Of a stretch of DNA of 64,000 nt, positions 41,038-49,944 are shown one piece after another. Numbering within the stretch: position 1 is the first letter of the stretch; each line of letters starts with the position of its first letter. Under the pieces are notes generated by a model, which saw only the letters and a program-made list of their open reading frames with translations, ran no database searches and was not told the DNA's origin. The stretch is from Candidatus Latescibacterota bacterium. GTDB taxonomy: Bacteria; Latescibacterota; UBA2968; UBA8231. The DNA is taken from NCBI GenBank assembly GCA_965243025.1, contig CBDETY010000003.1, forward strand, positions 5,312,001 through 5,376,000, in the 5' to 3' direction. A program made the translations under genes and the position numbers.

Positions 41038-42216
41038 ATGCGACTTCTGCATCGCCCGGCAAGTCTCAAGGGCCTGAACATTCAGAGCCTCAAAAACCAG
41101 GGATTCGACGCCTACCAGCACGGATTCAAGCCGGAGGACCAGAACAACCTGGCCGCCATCTGGAGCCGAGTCACCGGTGCCGTTTCCAGCTTTCAGGACG
41201 GGAACCAGATGGACATCTGGCTGGCCCTGACCCTGGAAGGGGACGACCGTGTGTTTCCTCCTCCCAATACACACGACTGGAAAGCCCTGCAGCTGGAGAC
41301 CTACCAGCGGGAATCCTGGTACAACAACCCGAACCACGCCTTCTACAGCGACATCAGGGACATCGTCAACTACATCCGGAACAGCAGCCGCGCCGGGTCC
41401 AGGCTGAAGGGCATCCGCTGGAATCACGAATACGGGCCGGTGGTCTGGAAGCTGGGCAGCGAGTGGACCGACTATGCCCAGGAACACGCGGCGTCGGACT
41501 ACAATGTCTGCATGAACCACCGGGCGACCGAATGGTGGAACTTCCGCAAGGCCATCGCGCCGAACACGGACGAGCCCGAAGATCGGCAACTGAAGGCAAA
41601 CGCCGCCTACAACAACCCGACGGCTCCGTGGAACGGGTGCGAATATGCCGAATGTCGCAGGCTGTACAGGAAGCTGGTCGACTTCCAGTGCGATGTTCAG
41701 GCCAGGATGGTCGGCCATGTATCCGATCTTCTGACCAACATCAGCTCCAGCTTGAAGCTCATCGTCTACCCGCCGGCCCAGGGGCCGACCGTCCACGGCA
41801 AGACGGAATACACCCTGGACATGAGCCTGAACGGCTTGACCGACAAGCCGAACATCATTTGGGAAATGGGTGACTGGGATTTCCGCGAAGAACCCTACGT
41901 CGCTCTCAGGGCCTGGGCCCGCCAGGCATCGAACGCGGGCGCTCCCTACTTCTTCACGCTTCAGCAGTCCATAGAGCGGTCAGGGTTCCAGGCCCGGCGG
42001 GATCGCATCGAGCAGCTTGTCGCCAACCGGTTCCTAAAGGACGAGGACGGCAACGACCTGGAGAACACCGAGGGCATCACCCGGCCGTGGGACGATTCCT
42101 TCGGGTTTTGGAGCAATTGGACCACGTCCCTGGGAAATGACGGGAATAACATCGATGCCACCCAGCAGGCGGGCTACGTCTCCGACCTCAGGAGTGCGCT
42201 CAACGAACACGGGTAG
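41038..42216 (+). CDS. Uncharacterised TIM-barrel-like 'GIRWNHE' protein, paralogue 1
   Basis: 392 aa, GGGGAG RBS; aligns by eye with 47551 and 53998 products. Confidence 0.85.
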   Translation: MRLLHRPASLKGLNIQSLKNQGFDAYQHGFKPEDQNNLAAIWSRVTGAVSSFQDGNQMDIWLALTLEGDDRVFPPPNTHDWKALQLETYQRESWYNNPNHAFYSDIRDIVNYIRNSSRAGSRLKGIRWNHEYGPVVWKLGSEWTDYAQEHAASDYNVCMNHRATEWWNFRKAIAPNTDEPEDRQLKANAAYNNPTAPWNGCEYAECRRLYRKLVDFQCDVQARMVGHVSDLLTNISSSLKLIVYPPAQGPTVHGKTEYTLDMSLNGLTDKPNIIWEMGDWDFREEPYVALRAWARQASNAGAPYFFTLQQSIERSGFQARRDRIEQLVANRFLKDEDGNDLENTEGITRPWDDSFGFWSNWTTSLGNDGNNIDATQQAGYVSDLRSALNEHG

Positions 42217-42258
42217 CAGGCAGGCAGGAACCCGACAGGGAAGACAAGGCTGAACGAG

Positions 42259-42302
42259 GAAGGCCCCACCCCCCAGGCAGGAGGTGGGGCCTTCTGGTTT
42301 TT
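42259..42302. terminator. Intrinsic terminator between convergent genes
   Basis: gaaggccccacc / ggtggggccttc 12-bp stem followed by tggttttt. Confidence 0.75.
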
Positions 42303-42316
42303 GTCCCGCATAGGAG

Positions 42317-43339
42317 TCATTCCAGATTCTGGGTTTTGACCTGGCCCCAGGTCCGGCTTCTGACGGCGGCCGTCGGGGGATCCTGCGAGGTCGGCAAGAA
42401 CTTCACGGAGTAACTCCTGCTCGAGACCGGACTGCTGAAGTAAGCGATCTGGTCTCCGGCCGGGCTCCAACTGGGCCGGAGGCTCCATTGTCCATCGGAC
42501 GTCAGTTGCCGGATGTCCTGCAGGTCCGGCCCCTGGGCCTGAAAGATTTCGTAGACATACCCTTCGAGCTTCAGGGAGAACGCCAGCCGTTGGCCATCCG
42601 GGGACCAGGACGGGGCATAGATTCCGGACAGGTTGTCGCCGATCTCCCAAAACTCGCCCCCGAACCACTCATGGCCGAACCAATCCCAGACGTAGAGGCG
42701 CGTGCTTGGAACGAAACCGTCGTCGAGGCCGTAGTCCGGTTGTGTGTAGAAAAACGCCAACCGCCCGGACGCAGGCGACCAGCTGACGGTCTCAGGCTCG
42801 CAATCCGGCGTTGCACGATGCCGGCCGGTTTCGGGATCCACAACGCCGGCGTACCCGTGCTGAGCCGTCCGCATGCCCCACCCTTCGACAGTCAGGTACA
42901 GGATGCCGATGGACCACCAGGCAGTCACGTCATAATCCAGGTAACTCAGGGCAATCTCCTGGGTGTTCTGGCCGTCGACCGTCTGCAAGTAGACGACGGG
43001 AACGATTTCACCTTCCCGTATTTCACTTTGCCAGCGGGCAATGCGGTCTCCATCTGGAGACCAGTCCACGGCCCGTCCGTCTCCGACAGGCCGGCGGGGG
43101 CTGTTTTCCGCTGGTTCCTGAACGAAAACCTGCTCCATGTGGTGGAACAGGATCAGGTCCCCTGCGGGAGACCATTTCGGATGCTGCCCGGGCCCCAGGA
43201 TCGTTTCCTCATGGCTGTAGGCGTCCATTACTACCAACTGGCCGTCGATGTCGTGGACCAGTCGGTCGCCGGAAGGGGACCACGACAGGCTTTCCGCGCA
43301 GGCGGAAACAGCGGCCAGGACCAGAAAAGCAGTTATCAT
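42317..43339 (-). CDS. Exported TolB-like (PD40) beta-propeller with WGxxK tail
   Basis: signal peptide; repeated WSPxG motifs; ends TAAVRSRTWGQVKTQNLE; ATGA overlap with upstream kinase. Confidence 0.85.
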   Translation of the reverse strand: MITAFLVLAAVSACAESLSWSPSGDRLVHDIDGQLVVMDAYSHEETILGPGQHPKWSPAGDLILFHHMEQVFVQEPAENSPRRPVGDGRAVDWSPDGDRIARWQSEIREGEIVPVVYLQTVDGQNTQEIALSYLDYDVTAWWSIGILYLTVEGWGMRTAQHGYAGVVDPETGRHRATPDCEPETVSWSPASGRLAFFYTQPDYGLDDGFVPSTRLYVWDWFGHEWFGGEFWEIGDNLSGIYAPSWSPDGQRLAFSLKLEGYVYEIFQAQGPDLQDIRQLTSDGQWSLRPSWSPAGDQIAYFSSPVSSRSYSVKFLPTSQDPPTAAVRSRTWGQVKTQNLE

Positions 43340-45411
43340 GAAGGCGACCCACCTCCGGGAGCTTCGGGCTTTCTTCGTTGACCGGCTTGCTTGGACACGG
43401 CTGCTGTTGCCGAATGCGGGCCAGGTGGTTTTGCCATGCGGTAGCCGACGCGATTCACAGTGAAGACAAACGTGGGATTGCGTGCATCGTCGCCCAGCTT
43501 CTGGCGAATGTCCTTTATATAGGCGCGTATGACCTGCGGATTTGTGGAGTGATCCGAACCCCAGACCCGTTCTCCCAATTGACGGTGGGTCAACACCCGC
43601 CCGGCTTTGATGGAAAGCTCGAGAAGCAGCCTGTATTCCGTCGGGGACAGCTGCACCGCATGGCCGGCCAGGGTCACGGAGCGTTCGTCGTAGTCGATCG
43701 TCAGGTCTCCCAGGCGAAAAGGTGAAGGGGTAACAGCTTGCGGGTATTGCGGGTCGTCGACTGCCTCAATGCGCGACCACTCTGTTCCGCTCTCACCTTG
43801 GTACGAGAGTGCGGACTGCCCGCCGCCTTCCTCGGCAACGGGAATGGTGAAGGTGATTCGCGTCCCCCCTTTGGGTACGTCGCTCTCCGCCCATATCCGG
43901 CCGCCGTGGGCTTCGACTATGCCCTTGCAGATCGCAAGATCCAGACCGCTGTTCCCTGCGTCTTCCTCCCCGTCCTCGCGATCCCTCCTGTAGAATTTCG
44001 TGAACAGGTTCTGCAGGTGCTCCGCAGATACACCCCTGCTTTCGTCTGCTACAGAGATCGCCACGTGGAAATCCGAAGCCCGCGCGGTCACCCTGATAGT
44101 GGACGTATCGGGCGAGTACCTCGAGGCGTTGGCAAAGAGTTTGTCCAGCACCTGGAGGATGCGAAGCTTGCCCGCCTGGATGCGGGGCAGGTTGGGCGGG
44201 AGGTCGAACTCGATGCTGTTCCCCGCCCCACCGCCCAGGAAGGTGCTTCTCGCGTGATCGACCAAGTCATTGAGGTCCGCCGGCTCGGGCGTTAACGACA
44301 GGGCCCCGGTCTCGAGGTGGGTCATGTCGAGAAGGTCGTTGATCAGGCCACGCAGAAGGTCCGCCTGACCGTCGATGATCTGAAAAAGCTGACGCGCCTC
44401 CTCAGGATCAGGGGGAGACGGGGCGTCCAGGGCCATGGCCGTCGAACCCTTGATGGCGGAAAGCGGCAGCCGCAGCTCGTGGCTCGCCTTGGAGAGTAAC
44501 TCGGAGCGCACCTTTTCCAACTCTCCCAGCGGCGTGATGTCCTGGATGACGGCAACAGCGGACAGGATCTGCCCGTCTTGCGAGTAAATCGGGGTGGCGT
44601 TTACGAGCGCGGTAACCGTCTCGCCGTCGGCATGATGGAAAACCAGCTGTTCGGCGCGCACGGTCGCTCCCTTGTCAAGCACCCGCTCCAGAGGGAGCTC
44701 ATCGGTCGCCACCGGATTTCCGGAAGGACGGCTGCAGGTCATCGCCTCGCGGTACTGATCCAGGGTAATGCCGGGCTCTGGAAGGACCCCCATGATCCGC
44801 TCCCCCTCGTAATTGACCGAGAGGACGGTCCGCGTCTCCGCGTCGACGACCAGCACCCCCACGGGCGAGGTGCTGATCAGCGCCTCCAGGTCCGCCCGGG
44901 CCCGATGTTCGCAGCTGTACCTGCGGGCGTTGGCGATGACGGCTGCCGCGTGCGACGCGAACAGTACGAGGATCTCTTCGTCCTCTGGAGTGAACTCCTG
45001 CCCGCCATCCTTCTCGGTCAGATAGAGGTTGCCGAAATTCTTTCCGAGATGCCGGATCGGAATCCCGAGGAAGGTATTCATCGGCGGGTGGTTTTCGGGA
45101 AAGCCGACCGATTCGGGATGCTCGCGGAGATTTGCCAGGCGCAACGGTTTCTGACTCCTGTTCACGTACCCGAGCAGCCCCCTCCCCCCCGGCCCCTCCT
45201 CCTTTATACGTTGACGTTCCTCGGGAGTGATGCCGGAGGTGACGAACTGCTGCAAATCCCTGGTGCCGTCGAAGACCGCAAGCGCGCAGTAACGGGCGTT
45301 GATCAGCAGCCGTGCGTTGTCTACAACCTCTTTCAGGATGGTAACGAGGTCGAGGCTCAGGGCGGTGCGGAGGCTGGCCTCGCTCAGCCGGGAGATCCGA
45401 GCTCCACGCAT
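43336..45411 (-). CDS. GAF-PAS-HisKA-HATPase protein fused to OmpR-type winged helix, no receiver domain
   Basis: FPENHPPMNTFLG GAF; VNATPI PAS; SHELRLPL H-box; LSPTEYRLL...FTVNRVGYRM wHTH; start approximate. Confidence 0.85.
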   Translation of the reverse strand: MRGARISRLSEASLRTALSLDLVTILKEVVDNARLLINARYCALAVFDGTRDLQQFVTSGITPEERQRIKEEGPGGRGLLGYVNRSQKPLRLANLREHPESVGFPENHPPMNTFLGIPIRHLGKNFGNLYLTEKDGGQEFTPEDEEILVLFASHAAAVIANARRYSCEHRARADLEALISTSPVGVLVVDAETRTVLSVNYEGERIMGVLPEPGITLDQYREAMTCSRPSGNPVATDELPLERVLDKGATVRAEQLVFHHADGETVTALVNATPIYSQDGQILSAVAVIQDITPLGELEKVRSELLSKASHELRLPLSAIKGSTAMALDAPSPPDPEEARQLFQIIDGQADLLRGLINDLLDMTHLETGALSLTPEPADLNDLVDHARSTFLGGGAGNSIEFDLPPNLPRIQAGKLRILQVLDKLFANASRYSPDTSTIRVTARASDFHVAISVADESRGVSAEHLQNLFTKFYRRDREDGEEDAGNSGLDLAICKGIVEAHGGRIWAESDVPKGGTRITFTIPVAEEGGGQSALSYQGESGTEWSRIEAVDDPQYPQAVTPSPFRLGDLTIDYDERSVTLAGHAVQLSPTEYRLLLELSIKAGRVLTHRQLGERVWGSDHSTNPQVIRAYIKDIRQKLGDDARNPTFVFTVNRVGYRMAKPPGPHSATAAVSKQAGQRRKPEAPGGGSPS

Positions 45412-45786
45412 GTCGTTTCCTGTGCTCCAACTCGGTCCGGGCATGGGTTTGCCCGTCCGTGTTTCGTGGATTTGCCGGTTGAGGATATATCCCACACTTC
45501 CGCATAGCTCATATAACGCGTAACAATTGGTGAGTGTCAAGAATACATTGCCAAGTTATCGCAAAACCCTGAATTAATGGAGATAGTAACGGATTTGAAT
45601 CTTACCTGGTCCGTACTGAGGGCCTATGATTTCACTATGTATCCCCTATATGTATGAGCATGTTTCACTATAGTCTCTGAAAGTCGCTGCTCCTGAAAAC
45701 AATCTTGAAAAACTCCATTTGAACTGACCTTAAGTCGGCCATAGGTTTTCATTTTTTCGAAAATGGGATCTATGGAGGAGGACGGA

Positions 45787-46125
45787 ATGACGGACGAGGT
45801 AACCAAGGCGGCCCTGACTCCTGCCAGGCGCCGCCTGGTGGAAATGATGCAGGAGATCAATTTCGGACGCATAGAAAGACTGGACGTACGGGAAGGGGAA
45901 CCGTTATTCGATCCACCGCCGATGGCGGTGCGTCAAATGGTGTTCGGGAAGAAAAACGGGCCGAACCAGATTCGGAGCCAGGACGGCTACGCACTTAAGA
46001 AGAAGGTGGCGGAATTGTTCGAGGTATTCGACCGGGAGCAGACGTTCCGGGTTCTGGAGCTCGTGATCGACGACGGGCTGCCCCTCCGCATGACCGTGGG
46101 GGAAGGCTCTACTGATTGTTGCTGA
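45787..46125 (+). CDS. Small hypothetical protein, copy A
   Basis: GGAGGAG RBS; paralogue of the next gene (ALTPARRRLVEMMQEINFGRIE). Confidence 0.8.
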   Translation: MTDEVTKAALTPARRRLVEMMQEINFGRIERLDVREGEPLFDPPPMAVRQMVFGKKNGPNQIRSQDGYALKKKVAELFEVFDREQTFRVLELVIDDGLPLRMTVGEGSTDCC

Positions 46126-46130
46126 AAAGG

Positions 46131-46156
46131 CCGACACTTTTTCCGATTTGCCGGTA
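46131..46156 (+). promoter_or_regulatory. CCGACAC-N13-CCGGTA motif, copy 3
   Basis: upstream of the small-gene/sigma unit. Confidence 0.65.
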
Positions 46157-46227
46157 TGGAACGGTAGCTGAACCGGGATCAAGGAAACCATGGAATTGCA
46201 CGGCGTGACCCCGACGGATCACAAGGC

Positions 46228-46560
46228 ATGACGGATGGTATAACCAGGGCGGCCCTGACTCCTGCCAGGCGCCGCCTGGTCGAAATGATGCAGGAGATCA
46301 ACTTCGGGCGCATCGAAGGGCTCGAAGTACGCTACGGGGAGCCGGTGCTGGATCCACCGCCAAAGGCCGCCCGCCAGATGGTATTCGGCAGGAGGAACGG
46401 GACGAACGCGGGGGACGCCAACCATGGAATTACACTCAATAAGAAAGTGGCGGAATTGTTCGAGGTCTTCGACCGGGAGCAGACGTTCCGGGTCCTGGAG
46501 CTCGTGATTGACGATGGCATGCCCGTCCGCATGACCGTGGCGGACGGGGATCGGACCTGA
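46228..46560 (+). CDS. Small hypothetical protein, copy B
   Basis: tandem paralogue of 45787-46125. Confidence 0.8.
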   Translation: MTDGITRAALTPARRRLVEMMQEINFGRIEGLEVRYGEPVLDPPPKAARQMVFGRRNGTNAGDANHGITLNKKVAELFEVFDREQTFRVLELVIDDGMPVRMTVADGDRT

Positions 46561-46613
46561 ATCCGGGCCCCAGACAATAGACACGGTATCACACCAGACA
46601 ACCGGCTGGCCGC

Positions 46614-46677
46614 AGAAGCGGAGGTCGTTGTGGGTGTCGCCAAACCGGCGCCTCACAAGGCTTCCGCTTCTTTGTTT
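46614..46677 (+). promoter_or_regulatory. Long hairpin leader / attenuator-like structure before sigma gene, copy 1
   Basis: 25 pairs (13+5+7, with G-U) around a 6-nt loop, then TTGTTT. Confidence 0.55.
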
Positions 46678-46741
46678 GAGGCGGCCTTGCCGGTCCAGGT
46701 CGACCCCTGCGCCCGCTTCTGCCCGGCCCGGAGGAGGCGCA

Positions 46742-47332
46742 ATGAGTTTCGACGCCAGGCAAGGCGGCATCGACCGCTATGCCGTTCAGCACATCCGGTT
46801 CAAGGCCCGGCAGCTGGCCGGGCAGGCAGGTTTCGCGGCCAGCGAGCGCAAGGACCTGGAACAGGAGCTGTTCCTGGACCTGTTGACCCGGCTTCCCCAG
46901 TAGGACCCCGAGCGCGGGCGGCGCACCACCTTCATCTCCCGGGTGGTGGCCAACCGGGTTTCCACCCTGATCGAGTCACAGAAGGCGGGTTTGCGGGATT
47001 ACCGTCTCCGCGGCGGTTCGTTGAACGAATGCCTGGAGGACGAGGAAGGGGGTACGGTGGAGCGGCTGGACACCCTGGATGGGGAGGACCACCTGCTGCG
47101 CACCGGGGCGGTGTCGCGGCCGTGGGAGGAGCGGCAGGCCCTGGCCATCGACCTGGCGGCGTTGATGGAAACCCTTCCGCCGGAGTGGGCAATGCTGTGC
47201 CGTCGTTTGCGAGTGGAGACGGTCTCGGAGATTTCCCGGGATACGGGGATTGCGCGGGGGACAATTTACGAGTGGATGGGGAAGCTGCGGCAGATCTTCG
47301 AGGAGGCGGGCCTGAGGGAGTACCTCGATTAG
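46742..47332 (+). pseudogene. Sigma-70/ECF-like factor with in-frame TAG at codon 54
   Basis: GGAGGAGG RBS; TAG at 46901-46903 where the intact copy has TAC; same length as 53044-53634. Confidence 0.85.
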
Positions 47333-47436
47333 GTACCGAAGTTCGGGCTTCCCGATATAGGAAAGGGGAAAGGTGGTTCGGGGGGCTCAAGTGGGTCGTG
47401 GGCTTCGAGATGGTCCGGGGAAAGAGGAAAGGAGTC

Positions 47437-47462
47437 CCGACACTTTGCTTGTGGTTCCGGTA
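47437..47462 (+). promoter_or_regulatory. CCGACAC-N13-CCGGTA motif, copy 4
   Basis: upstream of 47551 gene. Confidence 0.65.
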
Positions 47463-47550
47463 AGAAACAAGCGCATACGTAAACAGCGGCAGGGGGGCAC
47501 AAACCTGTTGTGTCGCCCCTTTTCCGAGACACCTCCCAAGGAGGAAAAGA

Positions 47551-48630
47551 ATGAAAGCGCTTTACGGACGAGGAATACTAGTGGACCTGGAAGTTCGGGA
47601 CGCCAGTGAGTACGGCTTCGACACCTTTCAGTTGAATCAAATTCATTCGGGCACGGATATCGATGACATAATCGGCGAGGAGGTGGGAAATATCGATGGT
47701 TGGTTCAATGCTGGAGGTCCTTACAACCTCATTCTCCCCATCCAGTTCTGGGGCGATCCATACGCCTGTCCCAATTACACCAGTGCAAGTGCCGCAAGCG
47801 GTCAAGTAAACATAATTGACCGGGAGGAATGGTACGATAACACCGCCCATGCTTTTTACACGGATCTGAAAATCCGTATCGAAGAGGTGGAAGAATTGGT
47901 TGGATGTCGATTGGTGGGGATACGGTGGAATCATGAAATCGCGCCCAATCTGTTCAAAGAAGGACCGAGGTGGCATGATCACGCTTTGGAAAATCATGAA
48001 ACGGAATACAATTCAGTGTATGAAAACAGTAATGGGGAGGAACTGTGGGAGCAGTGGCGAGAGGCCGTTCCTTCGATTGGATCCAAAAACGCTTATGACG
48101 GGACAAATCTTCCCCAGATTTGGGCACAGTTCCACCCCGAAGTGCCAAGGCTTTACCGCCGGTTTGTGGATTACCAGGTGAATTTACAGAAGACAATGAT
48201 CGAAATCCTGCGTAGCAAGATCGCCAGTGTAAACAGCGATCTGAAATTCATTGTCTATACGCCGCAGCAAGGACCCAACTCGGTCTATGCGAAAGAGGAG
48301 TATACCCTGGACCTGGATGGAGTAGGAAGTCCGGCCAACCCGGTTTGGGAAATCTCTGCCTGGGACTCAGGTTCCCAAGCGGGAAATAAAAGTCTAATCG
48401 ACAATTGGGCAGGACAGGCAGGAGGCAACGATTACTACTTCGTAATGCAGCAGGGGAGCAGCCTTTCGACTGAAAGTGTGGTATCTTACATCGAAAACCT
48501 CCAGAACCCTGGAGTAACCAATCAGCCAGATCACTTTGCTTTCTGGTCAAAATGGAGGAGATTACAAGATCCGGATGCACTATCCGAGCAGAGACAGTAC
48601 ATGAACAAGGTCAAGGAGGCCTTGGGGTAA
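47551..48630 (+). CDS. Uncharacterised 'GIRWNHE' protein, paralogue 2 (most divergent)
   Basis: AAGGAGG RBS; GFDTFQ, HAFYTD, GIRWNHE, RLYRRFVDYQ, PQQGP, EYTLD, FAFWSKW shared with paralogues. Confidence 0.85.
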   Translation: MKALYGRGILVDLEVRDASEYGFDTFQLNQIHSGTDIDDIIGEEVGNIDGWFNAGGPYNLILPIQFWGDPYACPNYTSASAASGQVNIIDREEWYDNTAHAFYTDLKIRIEEVEELVGCRLVGIRWNHEIAPNLFKEGPRWHDHALENHETEYNSVYENSNGEELWEQWREAVPSIGSKNAYDGTNLPQIWAQFHPEVPRLYRRFVDYQVNLQKTMIEILRSKIASVNSDLKFIVYTPQQGPNSVYAKEEYTLDLDGVGSPANPVWEISAWDSGSQAGNKSLIDNWAGQAGGNDYYFVMQQGSSLSTESVVSYIENLQNPGVTNQPDHFAFWSKWRRLQDPDALSEQRQYMNKVKEALG

Positions 48631-48808
48631 CGGGTTTGCGGCACCCTATCAACCCCCCACACCACTTCAACCTTCGGAGCCGCTTGGGAGACCCATAGCC
48701 CAGGCAGTTGTAAAAAAATGAACTTGCGGAAGGTAAGAAAAGGATAGGTTGCTGATGCTTTTGTGGATGGATTTCGTCACATGGATCCTGACCAGGAGAT
48801 GACCGGCG

Positions 48809-49756
48809 GTGGAACCAGGAACAGTCTTCACACCAGACAACAATCACGGAAACAAATTGCACATCGCGTCGATCGCCATTGTCCTGTGCCTGGTTCCAGG
48901 GCTGGTCATCGGTAATCCTGAAAAAACGGTGGATCTGCCTTCCGGCAGTTCCATGAGGTTTGTGCGCATTGAGGCGGGTTCCTTTCTGATGGGGACCGCG
49001 GAGAACCGCCAAGAAGAGATTGGTAAGTACGCCGGCAATTATCGCGAATTCCCCCAGCACCGAGTCACCCTCACCAAGGGGTTTTACCTGGGGAAATACG
49101 AGGTCACCCGGGAGCAGTGGGTGGCGGTGATGGGAACAGAGCCTGAAGAGTGGAAAAACTTTCCCGCTTCGTGGAGAGGATCCCAGAGACCTGCTACGAC
49201 AATTTCCTGGTTGCAGGTTCAGGAGTTCATGGGCTTTCTAAGTGAATTCTCCGGTAGGACGTTTCGGTTGCCCACCGAGGCGGAGTGGGAATACGCGGCA
49301 CGAGGGGGAACGGAGACGCTCTGGGTATCGGGAGACGACCAGTCCGAGGCATGGAAACACATGTGTAGACGCACCCTTCGATGCGATGTCGGAAGCGACC
49401 CTTTGTTCGGTAACCCCTGGGGGTTGTTCGACATGCAGGGGAACGTGTGGGAGTTAGTGTTCGATGGCCACTTCAGGGAGTATGCTGAAGAAGTTGTGGA
49501 CCCGGTCGGACCTTCTGCCCGGTTGGAAGGCTTGGCAATTACCCGAGGGGGGGACTCTGGTAACGTAGGAACTGATGATCAACCAGAGTATGTTGTCATT
49601 TATCACTCCCGACCTGCATTCCGTGGTTTATGGGGCATTGATCGGGAAGGTGGTTCCTGGGTCGGCTTTCGCGTCTTGTTAGAGCTCGAAGAAGACCCCA
49701 CGTCCGTTGAAATTCAGGGGTGGGGTGCCATGAAAGAGTCACAGCTTTCGAAATAG
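48809..49756 (+). CDS. Exported FGE-sulfatase (SUMF1-like) domain protein with WGxxK tail
   Basis: FLMGT, PQHRVTL, RLPTEAEWEYAARGG, GLFDMQGNVWE, GFRV; ends TSVEIQGWGAMKESQLSK; start uncertain. Confidence 0.9.
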   Translation: MEPGTVFTPDNNHGNKLHIASIAIVLCLVPGLVIGNPEKTVDLPSGSSMRFVRIEAGSFLMGTAENRQEEIGKYAGNYREFPQHRVTLTKGFYLGKYEVTREQWVAVMGTEPEEWKNFPASWRGSQRPATTISWLQVQEFMGFLSEFSGRTFRLPTEAEWEYAARGGTETLWVSGDDQSEAWKHMCRRTLRCDVGSDPLFGNPWGLFDMQGNVWELVFDGHFREYAEEVVDPVGPSARLEGLAITRGGDSGNVGTDDQPEYVVIYHSRPAFRGLWGIDREGGSWVGFRVLLELEEDPTSVEIQGWGAMKESQLSK

Positions 49757-49783
49757 TCCTGCCGAAATACCCCAGATAGATTT

Positions 49784-49890
49784 ACACCAGACAACCGGCT
49801 GGTCGGGGAAAGCTGTTCCTGGACCTGTTGACCCGGCTTCCCAGTACGACCCGGAGGGCGGGCGGCGCACCACCATCATCTCCCGGGTGG
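49784..49890 (+). pseudogene. Deleted remnant of the leader plus sigma module (third copy)
   Basis: acaccagacaaccggctgg joined to agctgttcctggacctgttgacccggcttcccagtacgaccc...tcccgggtgg from the sigma coding region. Confidence 0.8.
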
Positions 49891-49944
49891 GTTGAAAAAG
49901 GTTCGCAAAATCCAAGAGTTGGCAACGCCTTTCGGGGGACAGAA

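Larger units (their letters stand above)
46444..47480 (+). repeat. About 1 kb direct repeat, copy 1 (small-gene 3' end, hairpin, sigma, promoter)
   Basis: near-identical to 52746-53785 through the sigma stop, more diverged afterwards. Confidence 0.9.

Noticed and set aside
46901-46903. In-frame TAG as pyrrolysine or programmed read-through
   Set aside because: Paralogue has Tyr TAC, one base away; TAG ends many genes here; no pyl genes seen
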